DNA of 63,966 nucleotides, filler included, from Octopus bimaculoides (lineage: Eukaryota): assembly GCF_001194135.2 (NCBI RefSeq). It is 8 parts of 8 records of this genome, joined end to end, with 100 filler letters (N's around TTAATTAATTAA, not from the genome) between each part and the next. Parts side by side here need not be neighbours in the genome. Positions count along the whole stretch, not along the records: positions 8,462 to 18,218 come from NC_069010.1; positions 18,319 to 37,939 come from NC_068992.1; 6 more parts are not named here. The stretch is one strand, 5' to 3'. The notes below the pieces were generated by a model. The model saw nothing but the letters and a program-made list of their open reading frames with translations, searched no databases and was not told the origin of the DNA. This document shows positions 11,240 through 21,305 of this stretch, one piece after another. A program made the translations under genes and the position numbers. Numbering within the stretch: the stretch's first letter is position 1; each line of letters begins with the position of its first letter.

Positions 11240-12181
11240 ATCAATAGTAAAAGTTTAAAATTAGAAAAACATCTTTAAAAGTTTCAATGTTGACAAATCA
11301 AAATGTTTCAATGTTGACAAATTAAAATGTTTCGATGTTGATAAATTATCATGTTCAAAACAGAAGGTGTAAGTTTGAAATTAAAACTGTATATCAATTT
11401 GTTAGAATGTACAAGGTTCATTAATTTCAGTGGTGGTCGACAAGTAATACTGAAAAAAATAAAACAAGTGTGAGAATAAAAATAGTAAAAAAAAAGGGGA
11501 ATTTGGTTTATAGTTTCTCAGATCTTCTTTAAATAGTCGCTTTTGCTTGTAATGGTATGTTTAGGGACCAGATGTATTTATAAATTTTTTTTCTGGGAGG
11601 AGCTGATCTGATTTTTGATTCGTTGAAAAACTGATGACGTTTTTCTTCTGTGGTCAAGCTTGTCGTTCTGCTTGGTTGGTTTCCTTGTGGATATGGTTCT
11701 AGGCCGTTCCGGTTGGTTGGTTGGTTGGTTCTCTTAAAGGGTCATTTCCTTGTATTCGCTGAAGGTCCTTTTGACTGGTCTGGAATTATGTGACGTCAGC
11801 AACTTGTGTTTGTGGAAGTTCATTGGGTGACATTGGCATCTTGTGTTTATGTGGTGATTTGTAGTTGCGGTTTTGAAACCTGGGTGGAAGATTGTTACTA
11901 AAATTTTGTTGTTGAAATTAAGTCTTTTTTTTTTCTCTTCTTTATACTGCTTTTTCTTCTTTCTAAAAGATATTCAGCTGTGGTTTATAGTCTTTAATCA
12001 GTATGTTTCCCTTATTTAAACGGAATTGGGCTGAAGTGTTTCCCGTGCACTGATAGAGAGGGAAGATTTGGTATTTAGGGTTTTTGTCTACGGGACATTT
12101 GTCTAGGTGCTGGCTAACGGGAATTTTCCTAGTGGTAGGGTCCCGGATTTGTTGTTTGTGCACCGTAAGTCTATCCCTCAA
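11240..12181 (-). mobile_element. Penelope-like element 3' portion
   Basis: GIY-YIG C-terminal ORF followed by non-coding element sequence; includes a 24-bp x3 tandem repeat (tttcaatgttgacaaatcaaaatg) at ~11282-11350; the distal boundary is uncertain. Confidence 0.55.
11963..12181 (-). pseudogene. Penelope-type GIY-YIG endonuclease C-terminus, 5' truncated
   Basis: RDRLTVHKQQIRDPTTRKIPVSQHLDKC...YQIFPLYQC...RLNKGNILIKDYKPQLN matches the PLE GIY-YIG pattern RxxxHxxxI...SxHxxxC...ExxxIxxxxPxLN. Confidence 0.8.
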
Positions 12182-12210
12182 AGTACTGCCACACTGACAT
12201 TTGCATTTAT

Positions 12211-12259
<49 letters not shown>

Positions 12260-12269
12260 TATATATTCA

Positions 12270-12410
12270 TATATATAGATGGATAGATCGATGGATGGAC
12301 GGACGGACAGACAGATAGATAAATAGATAGATGAACAGACAGATGGGTGGATGGACAGGTAGACAAATGGATGGATGGGCAGGCAGATAGGTAGATGGAT
12401 GGACAGTTAG
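12270..12410. repeat. Degenerate (GATR/GACR)n tetranucleotide tract
   Basis: Direct reading. Confidence 0.85.
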
Positions 12411-12414
12411 AGAA

Positions 12415-12595
12415 AGATATGGAGCTCAGGTGTAGATGTATGATTAAGTATTTTGTTTTCCAGTCGCATAGTTCCAGGTTCAATTCCACTGCATTACACC
12501 TTGGGAAAACATCTTCTACTATAGCCTGGGTCAAACAAAGCCTTGAGAGCAGATTTGGTAGATGGAAACTGAAAGAAGCCTGACGTGTGTGTGCA
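12415..12595 (+). mobile_element. SINE family A 5' half, diverged
   Basis: ggttcaattccactgcattacaccttggg...catcttctactatagcc...gatttggtagatggaaactgaaagaagcc. Confidence 0.7.
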
Positions 12596-12599
12596 TGCA

Positions 12600-12715
12600 T
12601 GAATTAGTGAGTGTCAATGTCATTCAAGCTGTGTCATCCATTTCCAGTATTCTGTGTAAACAGGTGAGGGTTGGTGACAGGAAGAGCATCCAGCTGTAGG
12701 AAATCTGCCTCGAAA
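12600..12715 (+). mobile_element. Retroposon fragment, same family as 9915-10070
   Basis: gggttggtgacaggaagagcatccagctgtaggaaatctgcc. Confidence 0.45.
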
Positions 12716-12772
12716 AAAAAAACAAAAAAAAACTCCGGAAAGTGGATGTTAAAACAATGGTGGTGATGATGA

Positions 12773-13170
12773 CAGGCATGGCTGTGTGGTAAGAAGTTCG
12801 CTTGTCAAACACATGGTTCCGGGTTCATTCCCACTGCGTGGCACCTTGGGCAAGTGTCTTCTACTATAGCCTCGGGCCAACCAAAACCTTGTGAGTGGAT
12901 TTGGTAGATGGAAACTGAAAGAAGCCCGTCGTATATATGTATTTATATATTTGTATGTATGTGTATATGTTTGTGTGTCCCTAGCATTGTTTGACAACCG
13001 ATGCTGGTGTGTTTATGTCCCCGTCACTTAGTGGTTCGGCAAAAGAGACCGATAGAATAAGTACTAGGCTTACAAAGAATAAGTCCTGGGGTCAATTTGC
13101 TCGACTAAAGGCGGTGCTCCAGCATGGCCGCAGTCAAATGACTGAAACAAGTAAAAGAGTAAAGAGTAAA
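12773..13170 (+). mobile_element. SINE family A, full length
   Basis: Complete head, internal mixed (AT/GT) tract and tail gtaaaagagtaaagagtaaa. Confidence 0.9.
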
Positions 13171-14058
13171 AAAGATATTATGTTTATAATTATAAAACTT
13201 TTGTATAAGTTTTACCGATAGTGGTTTTTTTAACATACCAAACTACTTGGTAAAATTATTATTTATTTTTACCCTATATCTGAAATAGTTTTATAGAAAA
13301 AAAGGTAAAACACATTTGATAATGTAGTCTTAGATACACTATGCCTGAATACAAAGACAGAATGATTATGGTTTGAATAACTTTGATCATGGAGTAGTTA
13401 GAGCAGAACTGACCCCGGGTTAAACAACAAGGAAGGACACATTAGATAATGTAGTCCTAGATACACTATGTCTGAATGAAAGACAGGATGGTCACAACTG
13501 GAACGTCTTTGATCGTAGGTCTGCTGGATCAAGACTGACCTGGGGTTAAACAATAACACAAACAGGGAAGATCACATTAGATGATGGAGTCCTTGATACA
13601 CTATGTCTGAATAAACGGATGATCACAGCTGAAACATCTATGATCATAGTTTAGCCGGATCAGGACTGGCCTGGGGCTAAACAACAACAACAAGGAAGGA
13701 CACTTTAGATAATGTAGTCCTAGATACACTATGTCTGAATGAAAGACAGGATGGTCACAACTGGAACGTCTTTGATCGTAGGTCTGCTGGATCAAGACTG
13801 ACCTGGGGTTAAACAATAACACAAACAGGGAAGATCACATTAGATGATGGAGTCCTTGATACACTATGTCTGAATAAACGGATGATCACAGCTGAAACAT
13901 CTATGATCATAGTTTAGCCGGATCAGGACTGGCCTGGGATTAAAAAAAAGGAGAAACGATACATTAGATAATGTAGTCCTAGATACACTATGCCTGAATC
14001 ATGGACAGGATGGTCACGGCTGGAACATCTTCGACCATAGGTCAGCTGGATCAGGACT

Positions 14059-14186
14059 TTTGTTGTTGGCACTGCGTCGCTTACGACGACGAGGGTTCCA
14101 GTTGATCCGATCAACGGAACAGCCTGCTCGTGAAATTAACATGCAAGTCCGCTGCCCTAACCACTGGGCCATTGCGCCTCCACTTA
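14059..14186 (-). mobile_element. SINE family C, internally deleted, with 10-bp TSD
   Basis: Head tggaggcgcaatggcccagtggttagggcagcgg fused to tail acttgcatgttaatttc...agtgccaacaac; TSD GATCAGGACT at 14049-14058 and 14187-14196. Confidence 0.85.
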
Positions 14187-14643
14187 GATCAGGACTGACC
14201 TGGGGTTAAACAACAACAACAAAGAACATGTTACATAATATATTATCCTAGATACACAATATTTGAATAAAATGCCGGATGGTCACAGCTGGAACGCCTT
14301 TGATCACAAGTCTGTTGGATCAGGATTGACTCGGGGTTAAACTGCAACGGAGGACACGTTTCACACTGTAGACACAATATTGGATGGAGCACATTTGATC
14401 AAGACTGACCTGGGGCTAAAGAAAAAGGAAGGGCACATGAGATAATGTGGTTCTAGATACAATCAGCATGAATAAAAGACGTGGTTGTCTTCGTTGGAAC
14501 GGCTTTGATCACAAGTCTGCTTGATCAGAACGAAAGTCCGAAGGAACCACTGTGTGGTCGCTCGAAAAGCAAGAAATAGTAGTCAAATCTCCTTCAAATT
14601 GCAGTTCCAACCACCCCATATTATATATACTGGTCGTCCTGGG

Positions 14644-14933
14644 GGTACTACTAAAGCAGCACGGTCCCGAACGCGCAGTCGCGCCAGCTAGTCGTGAGTG
14701 GTCGATCCTAACCCTAACCCTAAACACGTATTCATTTGCACATGCGGGTTAGGGTTAGGGGGTACTACTAAAGCAGCGCGGACCCGAACGCGCAGTCGCG
14801 CGTCCGCGCTAGCTAGTCTTGAGTGGTCGATCCTAACCCTAACCCTAACCCTAACCCTAACCCTATCCCTAACCCTAACCCTATCCCTATCCCTATCCCT
14901 AACCCGCGTGTGCAAATGAATACGTGTAGTACC
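14644..14933. mobile_element. Non-autonomous DNA transposon (MITE) dimer containing telomeric repeats
   Basis: Terminal inverted 8-mers GGTACTAC (14644-14651) and GTAGTACC (14926-14933); 8-bp TSD GTCCTGGG at 14636-14643 and 14934-14941. Confidence 0.75.
14832..14905. repeat. Interstitial telomeric repeat (CCCTAA)n with CCCTAT variants
   Basis: About 12 hexamers, direct reading. Confidence 0.9.
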
Positions 14934-16178
14934 GTCCTGGGTAGTCTTTACAACAACAACAAAAAAACCAAAACAATAAACGGGATGATCACGGCTGGAA
15001 TATCTTTAATCATCGTTCAGCATGTTGTTGCTTCAAGCTTGACCTGGGGTTAAAAGAAGACGAAAACGACAACAATAATAACAACAATAACATACGTGTG
15101 GAGATCGGCGAGCTGGTTTACTATCCCGGGACATGCTGATTTCACTTCGTTTCGCCAACAGCGACGACACATCTGTTATGTATAAACATACGTTTAAATA
15201 AATAGGCCATTGTCGCAACCGAAAACCGTGTCTTTGGATTCACGTGGCGGCTCTCGCATCCGTAATCCAGCCTCTGGGATTGCTAACACAGAGAGAGTCG
15301 CTTCCCGCCTTTTATTCGCTCTCTCTCTCTCTCTCTTTCTATAGCTCTTACCCGTCTCTCTCTCTCTCTCTCCACTTCTTCCCCTTTCCTACTCTCCTTT
15401 TCCTCTTCCTTATTCTCTCTTTCACTCTCTCTTGCTTTTACTTTGTCCCTCTGTCACCTCTCTCTTTCAGTCTTTCGCTCTCTGACACTTTCTCTACTTT
15501 TCCCTTTCCTCCCTCCCTCTCTCTTTCTCCTACGCTTTCCCTCCTACATGCAAATGAGAGGCTCCGAACGTCCCAGCAACTAAATCAGTAAAAAGAGAAA
15601 GAGAAAGATAGAGAGACAGAGAGACAGTGATGAAAGGTCAACCAAGAGAAAGCTGTCAGAGGTAAGAGGTGAGGTGTCAAGAGGTCAGAACGTGATAAGA
15701 TGACATCACTTTTCTGCGACAACGAAAACATCCTGGTTTTATTGTGTGTGTGTGTGTTACATATAGAGTTGTGTGGATGCGTCTATGTATATGTAAGAGT
15801 GAGTTCATATGCACGTGTGTGTGTGTGTGTGATGTATGTCTATGTGTATGTATTTGCATGTATGTATGTACGTATGCGTATGTATGTGTGTGTGTGTGTG
15901 TGTGTGCGTTTACATCCGTGAGTGAAAAAAAGCTGCTTGGTTCTTTAACCCAAGGTCAATCTTGATCCACCAAACGTCAGTTCCATGCGAGATCTAACAC
16001 GTTCCTACCATGATCATCCCAGCTTTTTTTTTTTAAAATTTTTTTTACCTGTGTGCAGGTAAAACAGGGCCACACCTTCCAACAATTTACATATCCTCTT
16101 TCTGTTTTTAAGATAACACGTTGTGATTTAATAATTAATTGGCTGTTATTTCTCGCATATACGAGGGACATGTTTTTG

Positions 16179-16584
16179 TTACTCTTTTACTCTTTTACTT
16201 GTTTCAGTCATTTGACTGCGGCCATGCTGGAGCACCGCCTTTAGTCGAGCAAATCGACCCCAGGACTTATTCTTTGTAAGCCTAGTACTTATTCTATCGG
16301 TCTCTTTTAGCCGAACCGCTAAGTTACGGGGACTTAAACACACCAGCATCGGTTGTCAAGCGATGTTGGGGGGACACAGACACAAACATATACACACACA
16401 TACATACATATATATATATATACATATATACGACGAGCTTCTCTCAGTTTCCGTCTACCAAATCCACTTACAAGGCTTTGGTCAGCTCTGGACTATAGCA
16501 GAAGACACTTGCCCAAGGTGCCACGCAGTGGGAATGAACCCGGAACCATGTGGTTGGTAAGCAAGCTACTTACCACACAGCCTG
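16179..16584 (-). mobile_element. SINE family A, full length
   Basis: Reverse complement of a full copy with an internal (AC/AT) tract. Confidence 0.9.
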
Positions 16585-16874
16585 TTGGGTGACTGTGATT
16601 GCGTATACGTGTGTGTATTTATCCATGTATATGTTTATGTGTGTCTGTCCATGTGTTTGTGTATATGTATATGCTTGTTAATGTGTGTTGTTTACATTTA
16701 TATATATGTATCTGTGTGTATACCTTCGTCTCTGCTTATATGTGTATGTGTATGTCTGTGTATTTATATGTGTGTGTACGCATGAGTGTGTTTATGTATA
16801 CGTCCATGTGTGTGTGTCTTGCAAACAACTCGCACATGCCAGTCGAGAACTGTGCATACCGGAAACCAGGGTGT

Positions 16875-16930
16875 GTATGGGGTCATCAGGAGAGAATGGG
16901 CGCCGTTTCGGGGCCTACCACTCGACGGCA
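16875..16930 (-). ncRNA. Hammerhead-core-like motif set in permuted order (speculative)
   Basis: Minus strand tGCCGTC-14 nt-GAAACGGCg-cccattctctc-CTGATGA; helix III is perfect, helix I is partial and helix II does not pair. Confidence 0.2.
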
Positions 16931-17045
16931 TCAATGCGCACCGGTCCCCACCTCGCTGATATGAGGACCCGCTTGCTAGATCAACTGATTATTAAAACAA
17001 AGCTCAATATTTCTCTAGCTTGATTCGGTTCCGTACGAATTATAC

Positions 17046-17076
<31 letters not shown>

Positions 17077-17130
17077 TGTATGCGTGCATGTATGAATGTG
17101 TGTGTGTGTATGTATGTATGTATATATGTA

Positions 17131-17301
17131 GGCGCAGGAGTGGCTGTGTGGTAAGTAGCTTGCCTACCAACCACATGGTACCGGGTTCAGTCCCACTGCG
17201 TGGCACCTTGGGCAAGTGTCTTCTACTATAGCCTCGGGCCGACCAAGGCCATGTGAGTGGATTTGGTAGACGGAAACTGAAAGATGCCCGTCGTATATAT
17301 G

Positions 17302-17334
<33 letters not shown>

Positions 17335-17403
17335 CTGTGTTTGTCCCCCACCAACGTCGCTTGACAACCGATGCTGGTGTGTTTACGTCCTCGTAATCTA
17401 GCT
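17131..17403 (+). mobile_element. SINE family A, truncated by an N gap
   Basis: ggcgcaggagtggctgtgtggtaagtagcttgcc...gtcgcttgacaaccgatgctggtg. Confidence 0.9.
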
Positions 17404-17579
17404 NNNNNNNNNNNNNNNNNNNNNNNNNNNNNNNNNNNNNNNNNNNNNNNNNNNNNNNNNNNNNNNNNNNNNNNNNNNNNNNNNNNNNNNNNNNNNNNNN
17501 NNNNNNNNNNNNNNNNNNNNNNNNNNNNNNNNNNNNNNNNNNNNNNNNNNNNNNNNATGTATGTATGTATGTAGCTTAC

Positions 17580-17783
17580 AGCATCGTTAGCACACCGGAC
17601 AAAGTGCTTGGCAGCATGTCATTTGTCTTAACGTTCTGGGTTCAAATTACGACGAGGTCGATTTCGCCTTTCATCCTTTCGGGGGTCGATAAAACAAGTA
17701 CCATTTGTGCACAGGAATCGAAGTAATCGACTTACGCCGTCTTCCAAAAACTCAGCCCGTGCGCTCTAATTGAAAAGGATATT
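17580..17783 (+). mobile_element. SINE family B
   Basis: cgttagcacaccggacaaagtgctt...gggttcaaattacgacgaggtcgatttcgcctttcatcctttcggg. Confidence 0.75.
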
Positions 17784-17889
17784 ATACATTTATAAGTACT
17801 CTGTGTGTGTGTGTGTGTGTGTTTCTCAAGCTATGCATGTTTATGTGAATGAGTGACATCATATTTCAGTGACTGTCTAAGCTTGTTTG

Positions 17890-18130
17890 TGGAGGCGCAT
17901 GGCCTAGTGGTTAGGGTGCCAGCACCATGATCGTAAGATTGTGGGTTCGATTCCTGGGCCGGGGCGACGCGTTGTGTACTTGAGCAAAACACTTCATTTC
18001 ACGTTGCTCCAGTCCACTCAGCTGGCAAAAATGAGTAACGCTGCGATGGACTGGCGTCCCGTCCAGCTGGGGAGCACATATGCCATTGAAACCGGGAAAC
18101 CGGACCCATGAGCCTGGCTAGGCTTTAAAA
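17890..18130 (+). mobile_element. tRNA-derived SINE with CORE-like central domain
   Basis: Head tggaggcgcatggcctagtggttagg (A box), gggttcgattcc (B box), then gttgtgtacttgagcaaaacacttcatttcacgttgctccagtccactcagctggcaaaaatgagta, resembling the CORE domain. Confidence 0.75.
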
Positions 18131-18262
18131 GGGACGCATTTATTCATTTTATAAGTTTGTTTGGGTTTGTGTGTGTGCATGTGTGCGTGTGTGCGTGTGT
18201 GTGACTTCGCCTGGCTTTNNNNNNNNNNNNNNNNNNNNNNNNNNNNNNNNNNNNNNNNNNNN

Positions 18263-18274
18263 TTAATTAATTAA
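18263..18274. other. Artificial scaffold linker TTAATTAATTAA
   Basis: Embedded in N runs, as at 8406. Confidence 0.9.
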
Positions 18275-18318
18275 NNNNNNNNNNNNNNNNNNNNNNNNNN
18301 NNNNNNNNNNNNNNNNNN

Positions 18319-18369
<51 letters not shown>

Positions 18370-19011
18370 GTATATATGTATACATGTATATATATATACA
18401 TGCATACTTACGTATATACATACATACATACATACACTCACAAAAATCGATATCACGGAGTGTGAATGATACTTTTTAAGAAATTGAAGATGTTTAGCGA
18501 ACGGAAAATTGGAAATTGTCACATTCAAGAATTTCCCAATGGAACTAACGACGTTAGAGAAACGAATTTATTCCAAATGGGAATCAAAAACTGGAAAAAT
18601 ATTTTGGTTAAATTAAGATAATCTCCACTGAGCTGAAGAACGCAAAGCATATCGTGCAGTTAACTACGTATTGGGCAATTGTTAGAATCTATAAATGTCA
18701 ATTCTTCGCCAACCAATTATTTGTCAATGCAATTATTGTCCAGTTTGGAATTATACACCTAAGGCTATATATCACGAGTTACACAGTGACTACTGATGTC
18801 TAACTACATTCATAATCCATTCATACAGATGTATTTACGACATGTGGTGGTAGTGGACCATGGAGCGTTTCTTACGTTAGGTCCTAATTGAGCTTGATGT
18901 AAAGCAGAATTGGTGTAGCATTGGAGCATGCGTATATACATATTTCGATACTTAGTTTCATTTAATTAGGTTTTGAATTAATATACTGCGTGGATCAATA
19001 TTATAGTTGCA

Positions 19012-19222
19012 GTAAGACGACGAGTTGGCAGAGTGGTTAGCACGCCGGGCGAAATGCTTGGCGGTATTTCGTCAGCCGCTACATTCTGAGTTCAAATTCC
19101 GCCGAGATCGACTTTGCCTTTCATTCTTTCGAGGTCGATAAATTAAGTACCAGTTGCGTACTGGGGTCGATCTAATCAACGGGTCCCCTCCCACGAAATT
19201 TCGGGCCACAGTAGAAACGAAT
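19012..19222 (+). mobile_element. SINE family B, near full length
   Basis: gtaagacgacgagttggcagagtggttagcacgccgggcgaaatgctt...ctgagttcaaattccgccgag...aagtaccagttgcgtactggggtcgatctaatc. Confidence 0.9.
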
Positions 19223-19504
19223 ATTGTAGTTGCTGTGATTGCTGCATATTGTCTACATGTACGTTGATTTCAAATTCCGCCGTTTGTAGCGCGTTTGCAT
19301 TGAAAATTAATTTCGTTTTCTCAATTAGTTGGAATGTCATTTGGCGAAATTCGTGTGATTTCTCTTTATTTGGTGTCAAGTAACTTTAGGAAGGTTGCAT
19401 AGTGTCTTTTATGTAGGAAACAAAGAACAGATTCATTAATACATTACTATTTTAATCAAAGAAGAAACGGAAGTGGCCACTGATTATTTGAAGTATATTT
19501 ACAT

Positions 19505-19640
19505 GGTGGTCTAGTGGTTATGGTGTGGCATTGACGTTAGCAAGATCGTGATTTCGAATCCCAGATCGGATGGTGCATTGTGTTTCTGAGTAAAAGACTT
19601 TATTTGTCATTGTTGCACTCCACTCACTTGTAAATGAACA
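19505..19640 (+). mobile_element. CORE-like SINE, diverged
   Basis: ggtggtctagtggtta...tttcgaatcc...ttgtgtttctgagtaaaagacttt; similar to 17890-18130. Confidence 0.55.
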
Positions 19641-20234
19641 ATACAATGATGATCAGGCGCCCTGCCCACGGGGGAACATTTAATCTCTGTCACTTATACA
19701 CCACAAAAAGGAGGTAACCGCGTCTATGAGTCCTGGGCGCAATACAGTAACGTCCGACGGGTGGATGATGATGATAATGATGATGATGATGTCTTGTTTC
19801 ATAGTTGAAAGATAGGAAAAAACAGAAGTTGCTTCATCTCTCAAAGAGTGTGCTGCTTTCAGGTGGAAACACCAAATTTGGTTGCTTTACAAAGACGATT
19901 CCAATAAAGCCACTACGAACATGGCCGCCTTGTTGAGCAGGGAGTCGTGTTAAGTCACTGAAAACCAAATGAAGACTGTCAAACATTTTTCTACATGCTC
20001 TACCTCCTACCGCTTCCACTCGCATCGTTTGATTCGAATCTGCCTCTTTTGGGATATATTTGCCCCAAATTTCTCCCTTTAAGATCGAACTGAAGACAAA
20101 AGGACTTCCAAGCGAATTTCATAACTACAAAGCCATATCTACTTGCAAGATATCTGCCAAAGAAGAATCAAAAATCGAGATGGTATTGTAGCGATATAAG
20201 GTCACAGCAGGGTGTGTGTAAATAAGCATTTCTC

Positions 20235-20295
<61 letters not shown>

Positions 20296-20297
20296 GT

Positions 20298-20340
<43 letters not shown>
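20235..20340. repeat. (ATT)n followed by (GTT)n
   Basis: Direct reading. Confidence 0.95.
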
Positions 20341-20341
<1 letters not shown>

Positions 20342-20859
20342 CCTATTGATATGAACTCTAATATAACAAGCTATATGCTACAGTCTACCGCGATTGGTGT
20401 TCAATGGAATTCTCTTTTCTTTTTCTCTCTTCTTTTACGTCATTCAATATTTCTCTTGTTTTCTTTCCTTATCTTGGAAATCTTTCGCTTCATTTTTCTC
20501 TTTCTTTCTCTCCTCTCTTTCAATTACATTATTGAAACACAGACATATTGATATGATAAAAAGGAAGTGGTTACCAGCTGAGTTAGAATTATTTGTTGAA
20601 CCTTGCTCGAATAGCGATTAGACTGACAGAAATGATGGAGCTATATTTATTGCGAAATTCTTGGTAAAAAAATAACTTCCAATGATGTCTTTTTCTGTCA
20701 TTCGATGTATTTTTTTAATCCATGTATGGCTTTAGGAGACATTGTTATCATGACAGAAGATAATCTGATATATTGCAGTTATGGTACAGTCTTATTTAAT
20801 TCAATGCCTAACACTATCCTATAGCTTAACTGACGAGCAATAAGCGAGACACTACGTAG

Positions 20860-21080
20860 TCAATCGATTTGCTAGAAATAATAGCAAAATCCTCCTCATA
20901 TGATACCTCTACTATTTCCTGTGTTTTTGAAATGTATTCGTCGTATGATGTGCTCCTGCGTCCCGTCCTCTTCAGGTAGGAAGTAGGCGGAATGGTCATG
21001 GCTGGGACATCTTTGGTTGTAAGCAGGCTCGATCAGAACTGACCCGAGTTAAAGAACAATGACAACAACGACGACGACGA
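20860..21080 (+). mobile_element. Dispersed monomer of the retroposon whose tail forms the 13313-15090 array
   Basis: gctagaaataatagcaaaatcc...atggtcatggctgggacatctttg...gatcagaactgacccgagttaaagaacaatgacaacaac. Confidence 0.5.
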
Positions 21081-21305
21081 CAACGATGGAGATAGGAACG
21101 GCAACACTGATAGCAACCGCTGCAACAACAACAGCAGCAGCAGCAGCAGCAGCGGTAATAACGATCAGAACATTGGCAGAAGCTGCAACAAAAAAGAACA
21201 AAGCCGACAACAGCAAAGTAGCAGCGGCAGTAACAACAGCAGCAGCAGCAGCAGCAGCAGCACGACGACCACAACAACAAAAATAGTAACAATAACAACA
21301 ACATC
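21080..21305. repeat. Degenerate (CAG)n/(CAA)n tract
   Basis: Direct reading. Confidence 0.85.

Larger units (their letters stand above)
13313..15090 (+). repeat. Tandem array of ~120-140 bp units derived from a retroposon 3' tail
   Basis: About 9-10 copies of cacattagataatgtagtcctagatacactatg...ggatggtcac...gatcaggactgacctggggttaaacaacaac, with nested insertions. Confidence 0.9.

Noticed and set aside
17890-17960. tRNA-like A and B boxes here and at other SINE heads
   Set aside because: No complete cloverleaf, and each continues into a SINE body; not tRNA genes
18480-18620. TNLFQMGIKNWKNILVKLR, faintly like the hAT/ZMYM-type GFxNWK motif
   Set aside because: Single short motif with no supporting blocks
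19800-19960. SVLLSGGNTKF, resembling the actin/ARP phosphate-loop motif, after a possible splice acceptor
   Set aside because: Flanking residues do not follow actin-family sequence, the frame closes quickly and there is no convincing donor or partner exon
20040-20170. HNYKAISTCKISAK, resembling the LINE NYRPIS motif
   Set aside because: Too short and divergent to support a call
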